This document shows positions 42,931-55,249 of a stretch of DNA of 64,000 nt, in pieces. The first letter of the stretch is position 1. Every line of letters starts with the position of its first letter. This stretch comes from Octopus vulgaris. Lineage: Eukaryota. The position numbers were made by a program, and so were the translations under genes. The stretch is taken from NCBI GenBank assembly GCA_951406725.2, contig OX597823.1, positions 54,002,001-54,066,000 of the forward strand, given 5' to 3'. The notes under the pieces were generated by a model, which made no database searches, had not been told where the DNA came from, and saw nothing but the letters and a program-made list of their open reading frames with translations.

Positions 42931-43982
42931 TATTATAATGTATATATATATATATAGTAGGCTTCTTTCCGTTTCCATCTACTAAATCTAGTCATGAGAC
43001 TCTGGTCAGCACAGGGCCATAGAAAAAGACACTGAAGTGCCACGCAGTGTGACTGAACCCAAAACTATATAGTTGGAAAGCTAATTCTCTATAAAACAGC
43101 CATCCAGCAACTGGAAATCTGGCCCATATGCTTGCAACAGAGTGAACTCTCCTAAAAGCACCCAAGCTATCATCAAGTCATCTTAACCTGGGAAATGGGT
43201 AAAGTCTACCCCTTAAGAATTCAGAATGTAAAATGCCAGAACAATCAACTTCATCAGTTCATCACTCTCAACTGTTATTTTATTTTATTTTATTGGTTTA
43301 TAACATTATGTATGTAGCAAATGAATGAGAGGAAGAAACGTTTTATTAATTTTATTAATTGAAATGGCCCTTTATTTTCATTGCTACTTGTTTAAGTTGT
43401 TGTGGTACACAGGTTATTTGCTGTTTTGTTATCCATTCTGAAGGTAGTTCAGTTCATCTTCTGTTGAATACTAGAAGAATGAATGGAAGAAGGAGAGAAA
43501 AAGAATTAAAGAATTTAGACAAGTAGAGAGGGTGAAAGCTGTGTCATCATGTGCATGAGATGCTTCTTCCATTGGTGCCAAAAGAAAGAAGAAAGAGCTG
43601 AATTGGGTTACTGTATCTATATATATATGTTGGAAAGCTGGATGGTGGGGTCAGAGAATAATTGAAAGTAATGAGTTTATCTATTTTGAATTGTATTTAA
43701 CCCAGGAATGTTCACCTAAACAATAGAACTTAACTAAGTGTAGCAGTTGATTCTCATAAAGTTCTAAGTGCAAAAGCTGAGAACAATAGGAAGAAAATTT
43801 GTAGAAAAATGTAGATTTGGTTTTGAATCCTGACTAAGAATCTAGGCAGTTATTCATTACAGGCTCTCAAAGGATGGAAAGGAAAGAATTAGCCTTGGAA
43901 AGGTTTCACTTCAGAATGTAGTGAGCCAGAACAAATACCACAAGGCATTTCTTTTAGCTTATTTTCAATTCATATATATCTG

Positions 43983-44039
<57 letters not shown>

Positions 44040-44077
44040 GTCTGTCTGTGTGTCTATTTATCTACATGTATAGGGAG

Positions 44078-45130
44078 TGTAGGAAATAATAATGGCTGCG
44101 TGTTTGATCACATCGGGGTCACCAGTGTAGGAAATACGACTGTATGTGGAGGTTGGTGACGTAGGTAAGTCACACGGTCGCATCCCTAATGAAATAAGAT
44201 AAGCCATAAATACAATTTATACAATGTAGTGCCAACAGAATATAGATGAATTGACGACAAGCCGTTCCACTATTTGAGAGAAGATAAGATTTTATTTACA
44301 ATGGTGTTAATGTTAGAAGGTTGTGAGTGCTAGCAAGTGTGTGTGTGTGTGTGTGTGTGCGCATGCAACTCGAGTTTGTGTCTGTGTGCTCGTGTGTGTG
44401 ACAGATACAATAAAGGTGAAAGCGTGTGACATAGTAGGTACAGAGCATAGAGTTAACGATGGAGATTGGTTTACAGTTCATAAGGTACACGATATGTAAG
44501 AGTTCAATATCAAGATGTTGTGTCTCGGGCGGAGGCCAGTTGGGCGAATTATTGTCGAGCCGCGGTCATGGTCTCAATCGGCGAGTGGGTTCTCTTAATA
44601 TAGAATTCTACAGACGGACTGTTTCTACTTGGTGAAGGGATTCACTCTAACAGCGTGGTTCTGTGAAGTTGGTGTGTACATGTCTGAAGTGGACGATGGT
44701 GATGGCGACTTGAAGTTGGTACAATGATGGTGACGACAGCGGCGGAGATAGAAGGCTTTCTGTGGTGAATGTACATTAGCGTTGTCGTGAGTGATCGTCT
44801 GTCGCTGTGACTGGAACATGTTGTGTAGCTCTGTGGTCAGAGGTTTAGTCTTTATAAGGACTAGAACCAAAGACTCAAGTATACTGAGAACGCTCCCTTA
44901 TATACAAGTAAGGTAGCTCAACAGAGCCTAGGAAATGGGACCTTAACCAAAGGCCGTGATTGGTTGGCTTTGGCCAGTGGCACAAAATAAGTAGAGATAT
45001 TTCGTGCCACATGTCAACCAATCAGGTTAGTGGTTACAACAGGAACAACTCGGCCAAAGATGGCTGTAATCTCAAACGAGATCATTCCTGCCGTGTCACT
45101 CAAACAGTGAGGATATCAGAGGCCGCTACA
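44078..45130 (-). mobile_element. Solo LTR (Ty3/Gypsy-like), 1053 bp
   Basis: TGTA...TACA termini; 4-bp TSD GGAG (44074-77 / 45131-34). Minus strand carries CCAAT (~44960), TATATAAG (44897-44904) and AATAAA (~44291). Confidence 0.8.
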
Positions 45131-45299
45131 GGAGAATTCACAAAAAAAAAAAAAAAAGACTAAGACAGTTGGTGTAGACAACAAAGATATCATTCATTGA
45201 CATTTACAAATAAGTAAAGGTAAATGATATATAAGATGTAATTTGTGTTAGCAATAATATCTGGGCATTAATTTAATTGGAATATAAGTTGTTTATAGT

Positions 45300-45592
45300 T
45301 CAGTCAAACATAGAATAAGGTGGTATCGCAAGTAATTTATCAGTAGTTAAATAGCACGCATACAACAAAAGTTTTAGCATTGCCCCGTGTCTAAGTCGCT
45401 TGCGGTTAAAATCATATAAGACAATGTGACTTATACATGGGTCAGTTTCAGAAGGAATGGCAGTTTGGGTTATTGGTTCATGGGTGCAATACGCTGTTAT
45501 AGACGGCAGTCAGCTCGAATCGAAAAGTGGGAACAGGAAAAAGCGCGCACCGGACAAATAGATATTACTTTACACCGGTAAGAAGAAAAAAA
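45300..45592 (+). promoter_or_regulatory. ABT1 proximal promoter / CpG-rich region
   Basis: CpG retention, ATTGG at ~45472, directly upstream of the ATG exon. Confidence 0.5.
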
Positions 45593-45619
45593 ATGAACGA
45601 GGAAGACGAAACTCCTGAG
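45593..45619 (+). CDS. ABT1: ABT1/ESF2 coding exon 1 (MNEEDETPE)
   Basis: ATG in an A-rich context within a CpG-rich promoter region; GAG|GTAATT donor; phase 0 fits exon 2. Confidence 0.7.
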
Positions 45620-46856
45620 GTAATTTGCTGACTCATTAATTATTATAACGTTACTGAAATATATTTACGGAATTAATTAAACATGTATTTAATAAAATAT
45701 TCAATTGTGCCGTCCATGAGTTTTTGAAGAGTTCGAAAGCAAATCATGTATTGTTAGGGATGATTTTAGAATCTGTTTCAAGAACTTCTAAACATTATCG
45801 ACATTAGTCCCGAAAATGATAATAGTTCTATCAAACTAGATATTCTAATGTAACTAGTTCAGTAATGTATTGTTCCTAGTTAAAAACAAAATCCGGTTCG
45901 TGTCTCGCAGAAGGTAAAAAGAAATACAGTCGAAAGGAAACCACAGAAGGTGTTTGTAAAAACCACACGTGCTCATTGTTGCAATGTTTGTTATCCCCCC
46001 CCCCCCCCCCACTGGTTTGATATCGCTTAAACATTGGCTTTAAACAGAGGAGTAGGGAAAGAACAATAACAATGACTTAATGGGTTCTCTCATATACACA
46101 GTATCCTCCGCCTATTGTTATCCAATATCACATCACCTAACACGTTTATATATCGTAGCTATATATACCCATTGCTAATGCAGACGCATCGCAACAACCA
46201 ATCATTAACGCACCACTTCCAATTCTACAATCAATAACTGTTATCATTTTATGTTCAAATGAGGTAGTCTGGCCTACGTCATTCGAGTGTAGGCGTATTG
46301 GCTTAGAGGTTATGGTATTCAGACTCATGAACGTAAGATCAGGAGTTCAATTCCTGGTGATGCGTTGTGTCCTTGAGCAAGACACTTTATTTCAAGTTGC
46401 TCCAGTTCACTCAGCTTGCAGAAATGAGTAGTATCTGTATTTCAAAGGGTCAGCCTTGTCACACTCTGTGTCATGCTGAATCTCCCTGAGAACTACATTA
46501 AGGATACACGTGTCTGTGGAGTGCTCAGCCACATACATGTTAATTTCCTGAGCAGGCAGCTGTTCCATTGATCGGATCAACTGGAACCCTTGTCATAACC
46601 GATGGAGTACCAGTTGTATCATCATCATCATCATTTAGCGTCCGTTTTCCATGCTAGCATGGGTTGGACGGTTCAACTGGGGTCTGTGAAGCTGGAAGGC
46701 TTCATCAGGCCCAAAACAATCACACCATCGAAATGACAAAGCTAGAAGATAATGCATGATAAATCTAAAACAATGTGAGTAAATAAGCATTACATTTAAC
46801 AGAGTAATTTGAATGCTAAATGGTTAATTGTGCTTCACATTCTTTTTTCTTTACAG

Positions 46857-47064
46857 CAAGAATCCAATTCACTTGAAACTGAGCAAAATGAGGAAGAGAA
46901 AGACGAATCTGCTTCCAAAAAGACAATCCTTCCCTCTCAGATTTCTGAAGCAGAATCAGGTGTTATCTACTTGAGTCGCATACCTCGTTTCATGAATGTC
47001 AAAGTATTAAAAGAGCAACTTTCCCGTTGTGGAAAAATTGGACGAGTATTTCTACAAGCTGATG
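46857..47064 (+). CDS. ABT1: ABT1/ESF2 coding exon 2 (RRM start)
   Basis: tttctttacag acceptor. GVIYLSRIPRFMNVKVLKEQLSRCGKIGRVFLQ is the ABT1/Esf2 RRM signature. Donor GTAAAG. Confidence 0.92.
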
Positions 47065-47321
47065 GTAAAGTATTCTTTTAACTTCTTTCAGTAATTGGAC
47101 GTTAGCCATGCTGAGGCACAGCCTTGAAGGGTTGGTCAAACACTCTACCCTGCTATTTGAATTTTTTAAAGTCTGGTACTTATTCTATCATTCTCTTTTG
47201 ACAAACAGCTAAGTTATGGGTATGTAGACAAGCCAATACCTGTTTTCAAACTGTAGTGGACAAGCATATCACAAACACAACTGTGTACACTGTATATATA
47301 TATATATATATGTATGTATCT

Positions 47322-49383
47322 CATCGTCATCATCATCGTTTAATGTCCATTTTCCATGCTGGCATGGGTTTGACTGAGGACTGGCAAGCGAGGAGGCCTC
47401 ACCAGGCTCCAATCTGATCTGGCAATGTTTCTACAGCTGGATGCCCTTCTTAACACCAACCACTCTGAGAGTATAGTGAGTGCTTTTTACGTTCCACCTG
47501 CATAGGAGCCAGTTAGGTGGTACTGGCATTGGTTATGTTTGGATGGTGCTTTTTACGTGCTACTGGCACAAGAGCCAGTAGGGGTGGGGCGGGACAGTCA
47601 GGCGGTACTGGCAACGATCCATGCATGAATGGTGCTTCTTGCGTGCCATCAGCACAAGAGCCAGTCAGGCGGCACTGTCATCAGCTACAACCACAATTTC
47701 CATTTGATTGTGATTTGATTTTTGATTTTGATTTACTTGACTGAGGGCTGGCGAACCAGATGGTTGCACCAGGCTCCAATCTTGATTTAGAAACTCTGCC
47801 AATCAAGATTGGAGCCTGGTGCAACCATCTGGTTTGTCAGCCCTCGGTCAAAATCGTCCAACCCATGCTAGCATGGAAAGCGGATGTTAAACGATGATGA
47901 TGATGATTGACTTAATAGGTCTCCTTAAGCACGACGTGTTGCCCAACGATTCAAAGGTACTTATTAAATGGGCTGGCTATGCAACACTGGTGTAGGCTAC
48001 AGCTGTGATCTCACTTTACTTGCCAGGTCATCTCAATCACAGCATTCTCCAGACGTCTTGGTCTTTCGTCATTACCTCTGTGAGGCCCAACTTTTTATGG
48101 TCATGCTTCACCACCTCATCCCATGTCTTCATGGGTCTCCCTCTTCCATGAGTTCCTTCCACTGTTAAGGAGTGATGCTTCTTCACACAGCTCTCCTCAT
48201 CCACACACAGCACATGACCATATCAGCGCAGTCGTCTCTCTTGCACACCACATCTGATGCTTCTTATGTCCAACATTTCTCTCAGGGTGCTTACACTCTG
48301 TTGGGTGTGCACATTGACATTACACATCCAGCGGATCATACAAGCTTCATTTCTTTTAAGCCTATGCATGACTTCAGCAGTCATGGCCCATGTTTCACTG
48401 CCGTGTAGCATGGCAGTTCGCACACATACATCATACAATTTACCTTTCACTCTGAGCAAGAGGCCCTTTGTCACCAGTAGAGGTAGGAGCTTTCTGAACT
48501 TTGCCCAGGCTATTCTTATTCTAGTGGCAATGCTCTCCAAGCATCCACCTCCACTTCAGACTTGGTCACCTAGGTAGCAGAAGCTATCAACTACTTCTAT
48601 TTCATTTCCCTGGCATGTGATAGAATTTATTTTCTGAGTATCTGCGGTGTTTATTGCTCCTGTACATCTTCCGCACACAAAAACTATGATCCCGGTTAAC
48701 CTTCCCTTGATGTTGCTGCACCTCTTATGCGTCCATAGCTTACACTGGGTACATCTTATAGAGTTTCTACCTACACCTTATCTACAGATCTAGCAGGGCC
48801 ATCTACCTGAAGGGGTTTGTGATGTGTTTGCCTTCCTACTTACTAGGGCTTTAGTTTTTGCAACATTGACTCTAAGGCCCTTCGATTCTGAACCTTGCTT
48901 TCACACCTGAAATTTCTACTCTAGTTCTGGTAGTGATTCTGCTATGAGAGTAAGGTCATCAGCATAGAAGAGCTCCTGTGGAGCAACCTGTCTTGAATTC
49001 CTCTGTTATTGCTTGGAGGACTATGATGAATAAGAGGGGGCTGAGAGCTGATCCTTGGTGAACCCCTACTTCTACCTGGAATTCTTTACTATACTCATTG
49101 CTGACTCTTACCTTACTTATGGCATCCCTGTACAGGGCCTGTACTGCTCTTATTAACCTCTAGTCAATCCCCAGTTTCCACATCGCCCACCAAATAATGG
49201 GGTCGGGGGACCCTGTCAAAGGCTTTCTCCAAATCAACAAGAGCCAAGTATAGGGGTTTATCTTTGGCTTGGTATTTCTCCTGCAGTTGCCTTACCAGGA
49301 ATATAGCATCAGTGGTGCTTCTACCCGGCACAAAACCGAACTGCATCTCATCTAAGCAGACTTTCTCTCTAATTTGTTGGGCT
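47322..49383 (-). mobile_element. 5'-truncated, decayed RTE-clade LINE inside ABT1 intron 2
   Basis: QFGFVPGRSTTDAIFLVRQLQEKY, YADD and MLHGSETW motifs; 3' UTR ends in (GAT)n. Confidence 0.9.
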
Positions 49384-49469
49384 AGATTATTATTTTAATA
49401 TAGTTTAATGATGTAAAAAATTGTCAAAACATTACATGTAGCATTGATTTTATTTTATTTTTATTGCAG

Positions 49470-49990
49470 GGGAATCTCGAGTTTGTAAAAAAGCACGTAT
49501 TTACAAAGAAGGCTGGGTTGAATTTAAAGAAAAAAAACATGCAAAGCGGGCTGCAAAGTTGTTAAATGGACAGGAAGTACAAAGTAAACACAGGTCTCCA
49601 TGGGCTGGAGAAGTTTGGAATATCAAATATTTAAGTAGATTCCGCTGGAGACATCTTGGAGAAAGTCTTGAATTTGAGAAAGCAGCACATAAAATGCGTC
49701 TACAAGCAGAATATTCCAAAGTTAAACGCACTGCAAGCTTTCGCCTTGAAAGCATCCAAAAAGCAGAAACATTAAAAAAAGTTAAAGATAAACGGAAAAA
49801 GAAAGTAGTGGCACCATCAGACATTAATTTTGAAGGCAAAGGTTTTTATCAAAAACAAACAGAGGAAGAAGTTTTAAAGAGAAAGAAAGCAAAATTAAAG
49901 GAAGGGGAAACAAACCGTTTTGAAAAGAAGCCATTTGCTGGAAACCAAAAAGGATGTTCTAAAATATTTTCTGCAGCATTTTCCTCTTAA
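49470..49990 (+). CDS. ABT1: ABT1/ESF2 coding exon 3 (stop TAA); total 251 aa
   Basis: ttttattgcag acceptor. YKEGWVEF...WNIKYLSRFRWRHL is diagnostic of Esf2/ABT1. AATAAA at 50008-50013. Confidence 0.95.
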
Positions 49991-51807
49991 TGTATATTTC
50001 TCATTTGAATAAAATATCCATAACACAAGTGGTTTTCTCTTTTTTTCAGATTTTTTTTTTTTGTTTTAAAAACAAAAATTTACTTTAAAAGAATAAAAAG
50101 GATAAAATGCAAATATAATTTCCTACATGAGAATGGGTTTAAAAAAACTGTAGATCATTTACAAGTTTACAACTGGTTAGAAAATGTATTAATATACATA
50201 CCTATGGTTTCCCCATCTTGTATTGTGTAAGATGATTTAGTAAATTATATGCTTACTTTAGTACATTTCTCAGGAAGAAATTGAGCCTGTTTCCAAACAA
50301 GACTTTTTTTTTTCATGGGAGACTGGAAACGACAGCTTTGCTTGTATGATGATGATGTTCATTTACAACTCTCAGGTTATCAATTGATTGTATCAGCCTC
50401 CAGATCATATTAGATATACCCCTACAGAATAAAAAATATAATTTGATTCTCAGTGAGACTTAAACATGAATTCTGTCATCCATTGTCTGTCAAAAAATAA
50501 AATAAAATAAAAGACTACCGTGCTAGGTTTGTCCACTTACTAATATCCTATCATCACTGCACAGTTCAACCTGCTGGACATATTAACCAAATCTTCCACA
50601 AACTACACCCACTAGCTTCCAAATCTAATTCTGCTTACCACTCTCTAACTTGTGCTCCTTTGTTTTCCAGCTGGGTTATCCATGTATCTACTCCTCCTAT
50701 ACCCATAAATCACTTAACTAGCACAAAGCCACATTCCTTTAATACTACTTTGCACCCTCCTAGTCTTGCAAGGTACTTGGTGGCCCTGGTGCAACATAAA
50801 AAGTACTGGTGATGGTGCCACATAAAAAGCATCCTGTACACTTTATAAAGTGGTTAGTGTTAGGAAGGGCATCCAGCTGTAGAAATCATTCCAAAACAGA
50901 CAAATGGAATCTGGTGTGGATCCTGGTCTTGCCAGCTCTTGTCAAACTGTCCAACCCATGCCAACATGGAAAATAGGTGTTACCAGCTGATGATGTTATG
51001 CAACACCTAAGAAAAGGAGAAGGTGCTCATGGTTAGAATGCCTTTGATCATATCTCTGCTTAGAACTGACACAGCCTATCAATACTTACAAGTGATACCT
51101 AAATTGTTGAATATATGCATGTATGTGTAGATGTGTGCCTTTGTTTTCATATCATGTTATGATTGTAAAGGAGCATCCCTGTCATACAAATTTGCATTGT
51201 TTATTTCCAGTCTTCTATTAAAAATATTGTCTGACCATGAGAAATTATTATCTTGCTTGGAAACAAGTGAGGGATGGCTATATCTGTTGCTACAAATTCC
51301 ATCTGACCCATGCAAGCATGGAAAAGGTTTTAACTTTGTGTCTACATGCTGTTCATCATCATCATCATTATCATCATCAAACGTGCATTTTCCATGTTGG
51401 CATGAGTTGGATGGTCTGACAGAAGGTGGCAAGCCAAAGAGCTGCACTGGGATTCTATTGTTTGTTTTGGTATCGTTTCTATACCTGGATGCCATTCACT
51501 TTACTGAGTATACTAGGTGCTTTCTATGTGGTACCAACATGGGTACTTTTTATTTATAGCTTCATTTGTTTCAAGGTAGACTGTGCTATAAAAGAATTGT
51601 TTCATATATATAGATAGATAGATAGAATATAGATATAAATATATAGATAGATATATATATATACTCTTTTACTTGTTTCAGTCCGTTCAGACTGTGGCCA
51701 TGCTGGAGCACTGCCTTTAGTCAAGCAAATCGACCCCAGGGATTATTTTTTGTAAGCCTAGTACTTATACACACACATATATATATGTATATGTGTGTGT
51801 ATGTGTG

Positions 51808-51838
<31 letters not shown>

Positions 51839-52665
51839 ATGTATATATATATGTTTGTGTGTGTGTTTATATATATATATATATATAAAACCCATGCTAG
51901 CATGGAAAGCGGACGTTAAACGATGATGATATATATAGATACATATATAATGGGCATTTTTCAGTTTCCGTCTTCAGATAGACCTAGGAATTGATTGAGT
52001 CACTGCTATATATTATAAGCAGTGACTCAATTGATTCCTAGGGATATCTGAAGGAATTTTTATATTTCAAAATATTAAATCACATCAGACTATGGATAAT
52101 TAAATTATAACAGTTATTATAGTCCATTGTTGTGCCATTCAAGACACATAATTTTTTTACTAACAATACTCAATGCTTCAAGCAAACTACAATACTCATA
52201 TATATATAAATATATATATATATATATTATATAAATAAGGATAAGATCGTTATTTAAAATTATATATATATATTTTATATAAATAAAAAGCACCATCCAA
52301 ATCGTGGCCGATGCCAGTGCCGCCTTGACTGGCTTCCGTGCCGGTGACACGTAAAATGCACCAATCCGACCGTGGCCGTTGCCAGCCTTGCCTGGCACCT
52401 GTGCAGGTGGCACGTAAAAAGCACCCACTACACTCATGGAGTGGTTGGCATTAGGAAGGGCATCCAGCTGTAGAAACATTGCCAGATAAGACTGGAGCCT
52501 GGTGCAGCCTTCTGGCTTCCCAGATCCCCGGTTGAACCATCCAACCCATGCTAGCATGGAGAACGGACGTTAAACGACGACGACGACGATGATGATAAAT
52601 AAAGATAAGATCATTATTTAAAATACCAATCATATCAAGTGACTAGCATGGGAATAAAATCCTTA

Positions 52666-52736
<71 letters not shown>

Positions 52737-52925
52737 AATATTAGGGAATAAATCCAAACTTACTGGGAAAAATCAGATTTAGGATTGAATCCAGTTTTAT
52801 AGTAAAATATTATATTATATTAAATTAGAGACAAAACCACTATTAGGCAAATCATACAATGAAAAATTTAAGCCAATACGATTTGTCTCTAATTTAATAT
52901 AATATATATATATATATATATATAT

Positions 52926-53305
52926 CAGGTCATCCCATAATTTCTGTCCGATTTTACCTTTTTCAAAATTGAATGAAATTTAATAGTATTTCAGAATCTT
53001 TAATGGAATTAAAAATTATTTTTATGCATTTGTGTACATTTAAACTAATTAAATATTATTTTACAGAATAATAGAATTAAAATTTCTTTGATAAAACCCT
53101 TTCTAACATGGATTTATCCAAAGAACATTTGAGGCACATAATGCTTTATGAGTACAAAAAGGAAACTGCAACCGAAGCAACTCGAAACATACACTCAATT
53201 TATGGAAAAGAATGCTTGAATGAAAGAACTTGCAGAAGATGGTTTGCAAAATTCACAAGTGGAGATTTCAGCCTTGAAGATGAAGATCGAACAGGACATC
53301 CACGT
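52926..53305 (+). mobile_element. Mariner 5' fragment (TIR + HTH of transposase)
   Basis: ORF 53108 MDLSKEHLRHIMLYEYKK...TCRRWFAKFTSGDFSLEDEDRTGHP is a Mos1-type HTH. Confidence 0.8.
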
Positions 53306-54180
53306 TGATTTCTTTTGCTCTTCTGTGAAACTGTATTTCTAAGTTTTTGAGCAAATTTGTTGGTTCATAACTTAATGTACCTATGATAATAGGTGCAAAG
53401 GAGAATTCATAGTCAGGGTACAGGTGCATCAAGTTACCGTCAATACTCTCTTTTTCCTTGACTTTTGATTGTACATTCATATCTGTTGGGCTGCTGACCT
53501 CTACAACAGTGCATGACTTTTGTCCCCTGTCCCACAGAACAGGTCTGTTACGTTTGCATTGAAGTGATATATTGGGGGTGTTCCACCAGTATTCTTTGTT
53601 TTTAAAGGCATGAATACCGACTGGTTCTGACATGTGTTGGATGTATATGTTGGGGCAGTCCTTCCTGCAGATAGCATGGTAAATATTTTCTGCAACTATA
53701 TCATGCCTCAATGGCAAGTAGTATCTTGTAGACATTTTAGGGTAGCTGCTGATCATGTGGGTGATATCTTCCACACTGGCATAGCACAGTTGACATTTTT
53801 TATCAAAATCTGGTGGTTCGGTGATATCATTGTCCCTCTTGTTTATCAGATATTTAGAAGCTACCTCCTGTTCCTGGACAGTGAAGGCATATCCTTCTAA
53901 GTGGGATGTATCTATTGCAGGTCAAGGAGAGGCTACTCTTTCTGTCAATACTCTTGTTGCTCTCTAGCTTACAGGATATGTATCCATTCATTGCTTTTTA
54001 ATGGTATGATGCCTGCTTCCCCAAGCTTCTGTTTAGGTAGGCTAGTCCAACTTTGGGTCACATGAGACAGTTGTATTCTCAGAGTACCTGCACAGTAGTT
54101 CTTCTCCAACTGTGAAGATGTTGTTACTCTCACTTTTGTGTATGCATAGAATGTACTCATTTCTGTCTTTCTTTCTATGT
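53306..54180 (-). mobile_element. R4/Dong-like RLE non-LTR retrotransposon C-terminal relic
   Basis: EDITHMISSxP...RHDIVA...YWWN...NRP(D)..WD...VVEVSxP are zinc-knuckle/RLE motifs. Confidence 0.7.
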
Positions 54181-55249
54181 ATGGGAGAGCAGTGCATGTC
54201 ATCAAAGTAACACTGGGGTAAAGTATATGAAGCCCAGTTTACCCATCATGACTTAATGATGGGTATACTGATAAGGGTACACCAGGCACATGCATTACAA
54301 CCATATGTGTGCAACATAGCGATCTCATATCAAGATAAACAGTGCATGACCTTGCAGGTGGGGCCCATCTGGAATTTTCTTCCGGTTGAGTAGCCCGTCT
54401 CACTCAAAAGGTCCCTGAATAAGGGTTGTTTAAGTATGTTGAATGTAACACCCATGTTTCCAGACGTGAATTATCCAAACCTCCAAAGAATTCCTCTCAA
54501 CACAGGGCTACAATGCTCGCCCACTATTTCTGCTTGTGATCAACCACTAAGAGACATGCTCAAGTGGTTGAGGTCAAGCAAACCTGTGATATTGAGCAGA
54601 ATATTTGCTGTAGCCCATCTTTTATACCAAGACAAAACAATGTACCTGATAACACTTCCAATCAGTTAAGATCAGAAGCCATGAGAGCCACCGCCAAGTG
54701 TGTGTGTGTGTATGTGTATGTATGTATGTATGTAAGCATGTATGTAGGTATGTATGTAGTATGTATGTAGGTATGTATGTAAGTATGTATGTAAGCATGT
54801 ATGTATGTATAGATGGATGAATGAATGGATGGATGGATGCATGTACCTATCAACATCTTGAGTCAACAAGATCTACATGATCAGCTGACCAAATAAATAA
54901 AGGCAGGGTGGTCATGGTTTGGATAGTCTGCTTTGTTAGATTTTACCTCAAATTAATATTAAAAAATTAAATAAAGAGAAATCATTACATCAGTTTCTTG
55001 TTCTTCATAATTGAGGCATTCTTTTGTAAATTGTCAAAAACTGCTGATAAAACATTTTCCATCAGAAGAATAATAGCAAGAAATTTAATGTCATAACTAA
55101 ATTCTATAAATTTTACAAAATTTAAGCTAAAAGTTTACTTTGTTATTTATTGCTTTTTGCGAGTTTTAAAAGGGAAAATAATAATTACGGCAACCTCACT
55201 CTACCATACATAATTTGATTTTTTTTATTCTTTTTGCGTTAATGAGCTA

